A stretch of 64,000 bases of DNA from Clostridia bacterium (GTDB taxonomy: Bacteria; Bacillota; Clostridia; Christensenellales; UBA1242). The notes beneath the pieces are model-generated. The model saw only the letters and a list, made by a program, of their open reading frames with translations, did not search any database and had not been told where the DNA came from. The stretch covers positions 12,878 through 76,877 of the forward strand of contig JAZNFA010000002.1 in the NCBI GenBank assembly GCA_045588915.1, read 5' to 3'. The position numbers were made by a program, and so were the translations under genes. Every line of letters begins with the position of its first letter. The first letter of the stretch is position 1. This document shows positions 38,201-42,554 of this stretch, piece after piece.

Positions 38201-40412
38201 ATTCAAAGCTGGTAAAGACATATTGATTTTGTATAAAGTGGAAGACAGTGCAGGTGCAGATTTCAGCCGTCGAGAAAAAGTTAATGATATCGAAAAAACC
38301 GTATACTACAAAATTGCACGTCAAGTGACCCAATGTGAGCGCGTTGTTACATCAGATGGTGTTGAAGCGACAGATAATAATTCCGATTATTTGGAAGAAG
38401 CGCTTTGGTGGAAAAATGAAGGCTTCAGCGCGACAGAATTTGATAAGATTAAAGCACACGCGATGACAAAATCTGTACCAGTGAGTGGTCGAGTTGATTC
38501 AACATACACGAATCGTGCTGCTGGTTACACATTGGCAGATGACTGGAAATATGGTAGTTTTGGGTTCAAATCGGACAAATTCACCACGGCAGAATATGTG
38601 GAAATTGTTTTGGGCGCACAATACCAAGGCGAAACGTGGAACAGTACCTACGCCGACTATTTGATTTTTGTTCAATTGTACAATGCGCCATCCAATGGTG
38701 TTAAAACGATTGATACGTCATTTGGTGGTAAAAAACCGAGCACAAGTCATTATGTTAACCCATTTAGTATGTATGGTGATGGTGAAAGTGATTATTCTCC
38801 AACTTTCATTGGTCAACTTGCTACCGAAAATGATTTAGCCGAAGCCATTGAATTTGCTTCAGACCGTGCGGCATTCTTGGCGTTGTTCCGTGCAAAGCAT
38901 ACAGCAGCAGATTATATTCATTGGGCACATGACTTTAAATATCAAGTATGGGATAATAAGGATAAATTATATTTAAATAAATTCTTCCGTTTGAATCATT
39001 ACATTTATTATGTCCAACAAGGTTTGGATGAAAAATTGGGTACGTACAGTCAAGAAGCATTTGCGCCAGATGACTTCAAATGGGTATTGAACCAAGAAAT
39101 TCGTAGCGATATTTTCTATAATGGCGTTACGCAGGAAGCACGTACCACGGATTTGGTGGAATACCGTATGAATTGGTACAATAACGGCGAACCGTTTATG
39201 ACATACCGTGATTATTGTGAATGGATCAATATCTATGCGTACAATGATGATTACAGTAATGACCGTGGTGATATGCCGGAAGTTGATGTGGGTACTGGTG
39301 AACCCACGGAACAAAAATCAACCGAAGGTTGGTTGACCATTGATGCGTTTGCTGTATGGAAACGTATGGAAAAATACGAAAACAATGTGGAATATTTGGC
39401 AAAAATTGGTGGCACAACCGACCAATCCGAAATTTTTGCACCGATTTTGAAACGTCAAATCAGTACCACAGTTTTCCCAAAAATTAAAAATAGTGGTGAA
39501 CGCGAAAAAGACGAAAAAACATATGTCGAAAAGGGTGATTATGTGTTGAAACAAATCACTGAACCAAAAGTGATTGATAATGTTGATGTAATTGAATATG
39601 AGACTACGGCTGTAAAATATTATGATTGGGATGATAATTTAAGTAAAGATGACTATGATGCTAACCGAATGGATCCTAACCATCAACGTCATTTCCTTGA
39701 TCGATATGAATATAACGAAAGGTATAATATCAGAGAAATCAACCGCGGTTCAATCGGTGATGATTCCAGTACTTCGAATATGTATAGTAATGCTACAAAC
39801 TATATTAATGATGCAAAATTTGCCAAGGTTTGCGATCATGAATGTGGTGGTAAAAGTGGTATTGACCCAATAGAAACTCCAACGCTGTGTACCAATTCGA
39901 CGCACGCAGCGTATCAGGTTATCCAATGGAATACACGATATGGTGTTGGACGTTGGAGTGGAAAAAAACATAACGGTGAAGCTTCGGTTATGTATGTTTT
40001 AAAACTTGATGAGTCTAAAATTACATCAGAAAAAATTGATCAGTATACAACAGGCATATGGTGGTGGAAAGAGACACATGAAATTACTATGAACCATCCA
40101 GAGAAGGAATATGCACAATTGTATATACCATTTGATTACTTCAAACGCGCATGTCAACAAATTAAATCCGTTTATTCGTCAACCAATGGTTATGCAGGGT
40201 ACTTTAATTATATGAAATTCTGGGCAAGAAATGGTGGTTATAATTGGATTTGTGATTTCAGCGAATATGACGGTCCACGTACCGGTGTGCACGAAGTTTC
40301 GAAAACTTATTTGGAAACGGCATTCTGGAATAGTTATGATGGCACAAAAACACCATTGAAAGATCCTAACGCAAATACAAAAGCCATTATATGGCACAAA
40401 GAAGACAAATAA
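20220..40412 (+). CDS. Giant surface protein (about 6,730 aa): N-terminal anchor, Ig-like region, 11-unit novel repeat array, GLUG beta-helix modules, aromatic-rich C-terminal region
   Basis: Single uninterrupted 20.2-kb ORF. The track start is TTG 20205. I prefer in-frame TTG 20220 (MKKRGLASLLIVSIIAIAAVFGVVFAF) because GGGGGA lies 8 nt upstream, matching the 7846 gene. The protein has no C-terminal hydrophobic segment. A strong terminator follows immediately. Confidence 0.85.
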   Translation: MKKRGLASLLIVSIIAIAAVFGVVFAFQNSGRDKDVYGSATITVDKPNIELEIELKKDETADKKFTIVETDMSSAYFTITVGGLPESADRGVELNESSISSGVVTVSRVTPRDESGKTGINQFKVTGQNGGAPVTMVFTAVGGRTINVNVNVKLVAQDMKIAPKSHFGLRQGGDGLNLMSADVLNKFIFFAHPDDDERVFTPNNFPIEYKLKEQYPGVILQQGSIAVSSQATHTNQYIYVQAKLPGMTEWLDIPFYVFPEVKNILIDTNATETTRDKVWDLIANRTEFSAANFSFALDCVTTETSDYGFIIESSDTQVVRVDYIDQYQRSLSTVKNLGEVAIKITAYPIIKVNNNEIAFSGSGDANVQVKDVIYVRVRNEFYLESEADIYGKESFVLATDKESVNAFYYEGKFYDGVSFDTFTLDTANGKLVNVDNDVEFELEVVDDIGDRTGVYGWNADNNPGKVGLYSILQIGYWSDEVNDWVMLSGTPENYYANYHNRFCIAFMQTGDAENFLSDNMTLTLRIKSVSELTVGGYASCSVNLDVTSAIDKFQVENLAQFDDGSLGVALVYDVKHQDFSVEEVDVFGMFANANPNGEVVYSYSKKWNTAKVTDNSKDLPFVISASDYNSDELKSHFVRYTITANDVSPIEYYKDYPLTIGYPNGKSYTLNIRVYPTVESLSLSVISNSKGKIYHSIMDSEDTAYDYVRTAYVRKGYTYEFAVDTQGVSVGAYAVFEQITDASGKIIANTTTSMFDARRLQEGLYECLVSLHAYSDSVFAENETEITVYLIVVESVGNVILPSEIELEGITDSAEIALGLTTMNSETITDFNYLRIEVAEPVNKNVIVEQGTGEKYNSFNITAQYLVENTFKVGFKIYKSYNFPAKYDLDGLSWTENLPFELYYIGGNLVTVDVKIKNENPNKIELVSEKIKNIDGVGNYLELISENGKIVEQEIDVKVDSKANYQDFGIGFAEWKNGQFVISAFSVNNNEIAIANCAVARFDAEKSKVYIKAVEGATSLGAYALVVYASDSLRYVDVNLDGDDLVLPDVYQMVSLYIGSKETVEETVEELVSENIHDANSGNLNTRGSYNWILPSTEPTDLYAALFYTDGQDVYGSSIKANVYYIDDLYTVLGWNALAKPERMIITKYVNNVAIGSLTKTDSERLNLDLNYVFNKDTNDDDNFYSRNGTTVHYTISAAGRVMTFYIVESIAAFDVSVKSASGSGLVSRKVLTPSQNTNRIDSVTMQRGNEFSFTSNLSVYSGWKMQNKDFDSSSTAYVSYAGGLYSFYPYIEFTTTNGTTHCFNLDALTSKVQVKVKGGVSYLNIAQDSIVLDGVTTAIYDLTMRVDQENWSPSILNYSFLYDGIYYNLFEDNQTISYVNMEGGKSKLEFKLTCLNADSPVYSNLYYTYYLKIEVAVVILVPDVNPFYNISGARLIITENLNNSPLLDIKTPASDFSALSLTKQGINNVTMAHFADTEPVAANRSAVTLVSGQSDAGIIYLDEKSVGGILVVYPTLYYINVSNINLWTSQPHTEKVLIGTDLSGKPIYDTVVYTIGFTQMIYNQDDKFYQPYVSGSSMPKMVSSWSKAEGYKWDGKYYFKTSIISNSQFSHRLPDGTSFGISVSIQGESNAKAIVENMNLVAKYRDSFVVTPDDNVGDYAVCTMTQTQHQAIGTTGVYDIAFPSDCIPNYADFTFNGISSTNKTIDSKYATITIDSVARTLSVYLKGDVSAIGESLEVRIPYKRPGDYVNPYLSVVIVPVYFEFDEIEVINHYETCLQITRDELTQLKYRALFEYDTSMLSSSMSEKMAAFNYSLQTSDLVRYNYETVGKVTIEIAYSYVNGVPVITKNGAYRYARTYNYEFKQNALIKRTEYLAVGTAATYTFENWNPLHINNLYLEDALTNSKNIENYWDKNLKTQNRNTVLITISLENKSSDENSLAYEELVKAGKIVINVFSNVDVRAPQLELTIIPVWFTFDEFKLQKNPVNPLVALSTPTVLTVEAGNIVCVEDSNVTKALNAFNVELTNAQNYLSDNNALSFSRVANEDGILNFSFNSNTRAITRTDAANPVTATSYLLVSAGISYVNGVPTLDRNGTQISTYFPVRTFGNDVGESDNLLPDLEVAPNGRTRTVAQAIGTSVRYNISLSGVAYDSLLDKYEIRADGNYVWSKDFAWDVVFSFKENIITVNLDKNTELFDKLLSIRAYDRNGALVYVLNIIPAYYTVEQILLADHIDENPIMIKNTDNWLMDLSLDFASSHSSESFPGFDLERSKREFLLTLNSSSLVSRLDDAGFVTVFAGVTYEGGIPSLVNLVNAKTVVQNTYRYLLVDGVPENTKAQALGQEVIYNVNRTVTVGAIKISTGKDSEGNDIWEVYDSGNYQNWWIENDTNPRRIKVGLNESTDLIGNLIRIGIWGNVNDDEPSYILNIIPAYFTVDDLTVVGQSTEDRDIHLYYGEEKDSPSDVVFDAVYGKYSMSSALNVPALLSSFVQELQDTKSNLIERQYDTSLASGDLHIVVYLDYQNGKPTLVDSATESEFIIRIDVDFTYTIYGKPAPEGDLPPMPSEPRSRTEVQAIGTKATYIIDLDQDVSLDVSDLRYDDAKLQERGWKVTLEDNIVTVELLADAAETLLKNDIVLNFYSSYESIFILTIQPVLFEVIGVETIYPEQPIDLTDRNVNDIYYRAVAKYNDAVEYNGDKVIEFIKAFNTKLNSERNGLLEVETVDQYLKINIALDYGVTGSNYRRVPSLLEVESYPLNVVESYVEFSVATERSNVASRYQAVGTTEFYYLGVEFDDISELFVSVGGSIVTDGSVVAQVIPYGNSFALKVSIAPSANLVGQNIIVAISGSRNFTMTIKPVWFVVEGFDVINHPERHLWLITSDTFAEKIDNLTFRVRARYSFDGDADFQTALRAQIDSFNQQLVEKISDLETYTVGAEYLVVRAGIDYQNGVASIINIEKAKPTQVVRDVFKYVRYSDKIAGTNMARPNIPRSRTVEVAIGKSATYTVDFPDLAQGFTDKMISLYENTDKEKADDDSALVKYENGTNGWSVKVVDNQLQIILEPNADLVERELKVFIYYDKNHVKDAPNSFDNENVAFILTIHPVWFKVVDFALNGYVDDVINVDSIDDFMEELAQFNTNTYFMPVYEYSNDVLNDSESGAILQEKMHAFTKDFKQSTFVSRTRVRESATIYHFQVSASVNYQAYEGTAKLSSDFTTHLSRSFKVVVGDTAVEQRVESQAIGTKKTYYIDSSIMDAITSIPDGSNYRVTWNSKEKNYVTVELTNTASVDVPVNVVISNNFTLKINPVYYEILGFETVDHPERAVWVISPLTTKDLRYRAITTEIEQSLSNEVKNEIKNKIEELNLSLNSGSAPISINVDSNENIVIDAAVNYVDGYPEIVEITKDKRNVVESIIPYRIWSVNIRPIPDRPTVVGSTAANQIIGGTKKYTLKNIRGQVFYQFLWVENAGDIVTSFSNSINGTLQTYENLSILVDPVKGTLEVQLVANTDCLKNNIRICIPYLTTVNGKDVWYSHCIEITPLLFELKGWTIQAADEGVAASQLIQNENNEDYLLLTNTSNSITVIKYVAKIKASETTDPSVLRSINLAKQNIENAAAQYITPTVTSENIGFGNMTLRRNVAANVKTDNVVGLSTYIVYENGVPRLVEKSKTLVSNQILISTGYGKDEWNEKVGDTILSSGFANAVQVIGTSAAYVVEIADAGKIFADQITVVDQITQEKIVIDGEQSDLVTVKTEVSDDNSNIVLYVDLAPVIALRNYNVEIKIPYADEEDATKANYVYSYCVTPVLYTIDGFYLDYAENNYIDLANKDIPLVLHVQATYSDDVKVRNMVNLLLQDFELALNRSIVNGQIEFVVENINGGKNVRIESFGGNVWIQKIADKDVDTLDYIKSSIEIGYNGGVPQIGSVNPLTDSVVNITLQAGTQFSQASGFPGWEYIESQDKGSQHLQSIGTSRNYPIDVTADNNITLYYEYIEVFDGGLNSGENEYEFFAVNVVNPGRQNLMLGFTLRSSARILTQWIDVRIPYTQDVDGKIEWGYYSLKIKPVLFEIKSWKLKVDGELVDSVTLDDAAVELYFSPEIVSGPLDQIHYTLDELNYINNAIRRLELEINTYDPRISDGYTYMVINNTAQEGHQVNYTIFRENSTNTSYFLRDSSDESTTVMQLSANIAYGVNDFSKEFVEGAQAVTSYSNSENAKRVTGQISVYTTKQSNSTTASDRSTVFITQDNASLLMKLNENVDYILMSDIYLFKIPGLTNGKWKPVDFPSNATLDGNNHKIYFNNIGFDLSDNPNEIGLFKIIPTDSVIKNVQIVLEHGVDDPNTASINEGITVLEANLENYGAGAVNVGLLAGINNGIITNCAILSEWQFTMRDLSKIVNPTLGNNEKFKSDLPFNKDGYMFDDKYFYKLNADHTAVEQVYNEFGYGITKNETTGVWEIEYDQWHNVKNWITPDRTVVAHYDDYSPIMQKFNPLENNQSEGDTTNKFAIIDSVSAAKFYVYANNKELSVTLGGLVGTNSYMITNSRVLIDVELYGPKDTTNSSAMDEVNVLDSIVGGIVGVNMGTITTSYYRDGTVTNNANADTLQGHTSLLGGFVGQNNGIIQQSYAMGRSTERERSINHISTAGAVKTIRNSLGGFVHLNSGTITDCLVNMVIYKTGTEGSAGGFVYQNTSKGVISNCIENNNIILQSGGTFDYYSPFVVINGDKDPGKIVTTNLSNLIYAGNAESISFSADWDGVLKHLSNNSTLKYDHIANYEGFSMGMDNSDVISADNTIWEMTELGPVLRAANEIAISYRKYTWNSSPYLYNPGTEKNPYLVWTEDQFNDYVYGATPQATQADKETRVTNIEKNRQNNHLRLVDNVTLNGIKDTYKIIYTGTFEGNGLTMDGIGLDTVTNDLAVMGLFGKTEYATIRNINFGIGNINSTARYVGGIAGIAINTDFVDVKVSSSKSNEVIKGANIVGGFVGLNVVNDSEVENYNLYGSVSVTANFHNQQTDVGANLFGSGKEYCQQTLYAKVEGADIYYEQGFGTAGAIFGFVTSNPNNYRIVNSNGTEEIVARKFEKEIIKQSADGEIYYQDKPHSYNTEKTWFLKDRMGKEINDTNVYYRDIIVLQNVGGAVKDVSANVAGGLIGIMDETIHLQKPNLVSLNSLSGKYYLGGIVGINLGKISGEVAKNNEGVVTSTYSTADLGSKWTVLSSSGESYVYRDNNSVENANKVWGMTVGAIAGSNDGFYGNINSGVIENIHVNVNVLGASSSTKQYVIGGVVGANGNYGLIDNAINTNNTVALNTVRVNASQVQKIGYYFGQIVGYSSVTNSSFTGTNTTRMTLLQVLVPENLGKSYVNAEDFSTKNYKGEISNAFGIVDGETLKMQTMTLEEYKKYLLTTITSKDLATRVEMLEPWLRSLPTVVTKRYMSDGQEVRVELFDESAKQELLNWITENQIFEKWDFQHQNLTGKAMSNYKSYIAYSSVSDKLSTVESENDFIDNINKYRQQRYNNAYEFFTYQYRVSGGISSAHNIDFTWDQYEKYLLFKKYATSTDVATGSDLYIKLRDTYNEDFANMVYPYNVWAEYATVKDKNGNDTNQKQVVIINNNKIFCEMVAGLEKDNSLKFTNKDPLQIYINYTVQSRLEENPFAQMQLAQYYYYMGNLYGQRYEDYGYSVPGNFEATGGKGYSSYLSLNALFEGNTAALLTVSEFIYMMDHEEEIVVSNELAWVKTGHLGGGNARISSIGALELGWVSQTGSYNNSELNWKDNYQDIQNAITEKDGVISYTNNSNTTYEWKALNNYITAKVSAGLTIAKYKEIITLGGTLYDLINSYQNDGTNATDEYIFALKAEQYNWTQQQASFVKNNYAVSNGTNVTYDMQYALSATTYGNVITTLANGNVRAVYKTDAQHLDVNNNWFTDNNGDGIQQAGEPVGIYAFPPYDGNTQFVNGDGQVYYFFRAESYVLGAHGNIGAAIYIDTDGNKLFGEVVVDEGASLSTGTFKAGKDILILYKVEDSAGADFSRREKVNDIEKTVYYKIARQVTQCERVVTSDGVEATDNNSDYLEEALWWKNEGFSATEFDKIKAHAMTKSVPVSGRVDSTYTNRAAGYTLADDWKYGSFGFKSDKFTTAEYVEIVLGAQYQGETWNSTYADYLIFVQLYNAPSNGVKTIDTSFGGKKPSTSHYVNPFSMYGDGESDYSPTFIGQLATENDLAEAIEFASDRAAFLALFRAKHTAADYIHWAHDFKYQVWDNKDKLYLNKFFRLNHYIYYVQQGLDEKLGTYSQEAFAPDDFKWVLNQEIRSDIFYNGVTQEARTTDLVEYRMNWYNNGEPFMTYRDYCEWINIYAYNDDYSNDRGDMPEVDVGTGEPTEQKSTEGWLTIDAFAVWKRMEKYENNVEYLAKIGGTTDQSEIFAPILKRQISTTVFPKIKNSGEREKDEKTYVEKGDYVLKQITEPKVIDNVDVIEYETTAVKYYDWDDNLSKDDYDANRMDPNHQRHFLDRYEYNERYNIREINRGSIGDDSSTSNMYSNATNYINDAKFAKVCDHECGGKSGIDPIETPTLCTNSTHAAYQVIQWNTRYGVGRWSGKKHNGEASVMYVLKLDESKITSEKIDQYTTGIWWWKETHEITMNHPEKEYAQLYIPFDYFKRACQQIKSVYSSTNGYAGYFNYMKFWARNGGYNWICDFSEYDGPRTGVHEVSKTYLETAFWNSYDGTKTPLKDPNANTKAIIWHKEDK
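25150..32950 (+). repeat. Protein-level array of 11 degenerate 202-264-aa units inside the giant gene
   Basis: Anchor motif [IVL]-x-P-[VAL]-[YWL]-[FY]-x-[VFI] has its Pro codon at 25497, 26133, 26874, 27504, 28170, 28782, 29517, 30123, 30822, 31614 and 32388. Each unit also carries Y-x-[NG]-G-[VIK]-P-x-[LI] and [QA]-[AV]-[IL]-G-[TK]-x-x-x-Y (for example QAIGTSVRY, QAIGTKATY, QAIGTKKTY). No DNA-level identity between units. Confidence 0.8.
32900..36250 (+). other. GLUG-motif / right-handed beta-helix modules within the giant protein
   Basis: Two modules open with an F-x-G-x-[LF]-[DE]-G-N-[GN] type turn (ATLDGNNHKIYFNNIGF; YTGTFEGNGLTMDGIGL...MGLFGKTEYATIRNINF). These are followed by many GG[FLI]VGxN-x-G-x-I-x-x-[SC] repeats (LGGLVGTNSYMITNS, VGGIVGVNMGTITTSY, LGGFVGQNNGIIQQSY, AGGFVYQNTSKGVISNC, VGGIAGIAINTDF, LGGIVGINLGKISG). 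Confidence 0.65.
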
Positions 40413-40436
40413 AAAAGGCGTCGAAACGCCTTTTTT
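40411..40436. terminator. Bidirectional intrinsic terminator between the giant gene and the convergent lipoprotein gene
   Basis: AAAAAA-GGCG-tcgaaa-CGCC-TTTTTT, starting inside the TAA stop codon (40410-40412). Confidence 0.75.
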
Positions 40437-40453
40437 AATTTAATTGTTTGGTG

Positions 40454-41446
40454 TTATTTTGACATACCTTGTTGTTGTTCGGCTTGATACATTTCACGAG
40501 CAACTTCTTGCATTACTTTTTTTATGTTTATTTCAGCACTGCAAGATGTATGTTTTAAAGCCGAAGTAGAAAGATCATGCATAGCTGCTAAGGAATTTGA
40601 TGTCATGGCAATGTTAATTACTTGTTGAAGATCACGTACGGTAATGTCATTGCCCATGGTTTTGACCGCTTTGTTTAGCAAACGATCCATCTCGTTGGTT
40701 GTTTGTTGACAATTTTGTTGGTCAATGTCTTGGTTTAAATCAAAGGGGTTATTGATAACGCCTGTTGTCCAAGCGTTATTAATATCCTCTCTGACATTTT
40801 CGTATGTGTTCTTTTGGCTACTGGGGACATTTTTATAAGAACCCAAACCGTATCCAAATGCTTCATTACTTAATGTTTCGTAACAACGTCTGAAAAGGTG
40901 ACGTTCGCGGTTATTATCAATATTACGAATAATGTTTTCAAAAATATAAACTGATGGTTGTGCCACACCTTTGATGGTCGAGTCAAAGCTGTATGGATTG
41001 TCTGATGTTTCATTCAAACGTTGGAATTTATTATTTTTTTCTTCGTTAATGAATTGTGCAAAATATGCTTCGGCAGCAGGGCGGTCCTTTAATGAATCAC
41101 TGAATTTATCAACCAAACCTTTCACATAGGTTTCGCCTTTGCCTAAGTAGTGGTTAACGCCTTTTGCCATATTTCCATTGATGCGAAAACTATCTTCACC
41201 AAAGAAGCTGTGCACGGTGTAATTTCCATTGCCCATAGTTTTATCACTTGGAATACCATATTCATCTTGTTCTTTACCTGGTTCTGGTTTTTCAATTCCT
41301 GGTTTGTCTGGATAATCAGGATTTTGTGGTCCATTTGGATTTGGACATCCTGTAAACATCATGGTGCTGGCAGCCAATGCTGTTCCCATGACACCGATTT
41401 TTACGCCTTTTTTCATGACGTTTTTCAATTTGTTTAATTTTTCCAT
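40454..41446 (-). CDS. Lipoprotein of unknown function (paralog A)
   Basis: 330 aa. Lipobox STMMFTG-C. Shares GNGNY-x-VH-x-F-x-G-[EK] and the overall layout with the next gene. Gln-rich C-terminus. Confidence 0.7.
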   Translation of the reverse strand: MEKLNKLKNVMKKGVKIGVMGTALAASTMMFTGCPNPNGPQNPDYPDKPGIEKPEPGKEQDEYGIPSDKTMGNGNYTVHSFFGEDSFRINGNMAKGVNHYLGKGETYVKGLVDKFSDSLKDRPAAEAYFAQFINEEKNNKFQRLNETSDNPYSFDSTIKGVAQPSVYIFENIIRNIDNNRERHLFRRCYETLSNEAFGYGLGSYKNVPSSQKNTYENVREDINNAWTTGVINNPFDLNQDIDQQNCQQTTNEMDRLLNKAVKTMGNDITVRDLQQVINIAMTSNSLAAMHDLSTSALKHTSCSAEINIKKVMQEVAREMYQAEQQQGMSK

Positions 41447-41451
41447 ACTAT

Positions 41452-41481
41452 ATTATAAAAAATTTACACACCAAAAGTCAA
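41452..41481 (-). promoter_or_regulatory. Promoter with -10 only 5 nt from the start codon (leaderless candidate)
   Basis: Reverse strand: TTGACT (41481-41476), 18 nt, TATAAT (41457-41452), atagt, ATG (41446). Confidence 0.45.
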
Positions 41482-41527
41482 TAAATTATCATAAATTCTT
41501 TAATAATTTTAAAAAAATTAAACAAGT

Positions 41528-42496
41528 TTAACGTTCAAAACCTTGTTGCCTTTGTTCCATCATCGTTTTTTGACGGTGTGCCGTTTCCATCATTTGTTGA
41601 ATTTTATTTTCAATATTGCAATCACTATGTTTAAGTTCTTTGGCAGTGTAGTTGTCCATTGCGTTCCATGAATAAGTAAGTAAAGCAATATTGATAAGAT
41701 TACGTAAGTCACTGATAAACACGTCAATATTTGACTCCGAATACATTTTGTGGCTGGCGAGGTCGAGCAACCCATCCAAATGACTGGTGGTGCGACGGCA
41801 ATTACGCTCATCAACGTCTTGTGCATAATTGGTGCTGTTTAGTCTTTCGTTGCGATACCAAGCATTTTGAATACGGTTACGTTCTCGGTAATATTGACCC
41901 ATTGCAGAAGTGGAATGATTTTTATCACGATTTTTGCTGAGTCCTTCAAGGTAAGCTTCGTTAGCAAGGGTAGCGAAACACAACATAAAAGCTTCACGGT
42001 CGGTTGTTGTATCTAAGTGACGGATGACATCGGCTAAAGCATAGGCGCAGGGGATTGCAATTTGGTCGTGCATACGGTCGAAGATTGCACCTTTAGTGAT
42101 TTTAACATCGTTGATTTTAAATTTACGCAGAGTAAAGCCGCGGAAAAAATTGGCAACACTGCCACGATTGGAATATGTCTGACGAAATTTATGATAAGCA
42201 TCTTCAATGTATTTTTCACCTATATCATAATAGTTTTGAATATCTTTATCGGCAGTGAAGTGGTCAATCTTTGGTTCTTTGCCGATAAAATTGTGGACAA
42301 AGTAATTTCCATTGCCTAAACGTTTATCGTATGGTTTTGATGCCATATCTTGTGTTTGTTCTTCGAGTGGAATAACAATTTCTTGATTGTTAGGCTGGGT
42401 GCAACTGGTGAAAATAGTATTTGGTGTTACAAGTATAGTGCTTAAGATTCCGGCTTGAAAAATTTTTTTAATAACACTTTTACGTGGGGTTTTCAT
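41528..42496 (-). CDS. Lipoprotein of unknown function (paralog B)
   Basis: 322 aa. Lipobox NTIFTS-C. Paralogous to 40454..41446. Confidence 0.7.
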   Translation of the reverse strand: MKTPRKSVIKKIFQAGILSTILVTPNTIFTSCTQPNNQEIVIPLEEQTQDMASKPYDKRLGNGNYFVHNFIGKEPKIDHFTADKDIQNYYDIGEKYIEDAYHKFRQTYSNRGSVANFFRGFTLRKFKINDVKITKGAIFDRMHDQIAIPCAYALADVIRHLDTTTDREAFMLCFATLANEAYLEGLSKNRDKNHSTSAMGQYYRERNRIQNAWYRNERLNSTNYAQDVDERNCRRTTSHLDGLLDLASHKMYSESNIDVFISDLRNLINIALLTYSWNAMDNYTAKELKHSDCNIENKIQQMMETAHRQKTMMEQRQQGFER

Positions 42497-42501
42497 AATT
42501 T

Positions 42502-42530
42502 AGCATAAATCATTTCATTGCCAATGTCAA
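42502..42530 (-). promoter_or_regulatory. Promoter with -10 only 5 nt from the start codon (leaderless candidate)
   Basis: Reverse strand: TTGACA (42530-42525), 17 nt, TATGCT (42507-42502), aaatt, ATG (42496). Confidence 0.45.
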
Positions 42531-42546
42531 TTTGGGCTTATATAAT
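42518..42546 (+). promoter_or_regulatory. Promoter of recD2 operon with -10 only 8 nt from the ATG (leaderless candidate)
   Basis: TTGCCA (42518-42523), 17 nt, TATAAT (42541-42546), aatctaag, ATG 42555. No SD. Confidence 0.45.
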
Positions 42547-42554
42547 AATCTAAG

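Noticed and set aside
20327-39971. Many 60-146-aa ORFs in other frames or antisense inside the giant gene (for example 20327..20659, 33961..34275, 37786..38226, 38973..39314)
   Set aside because: All are nested in a 20-kb ORF that has coherent protein repeat structure. Their translations are low-complexity with no motifs, SDs or promoters. Such ORFs are the expected by-product of long AT-rich coding sequence.
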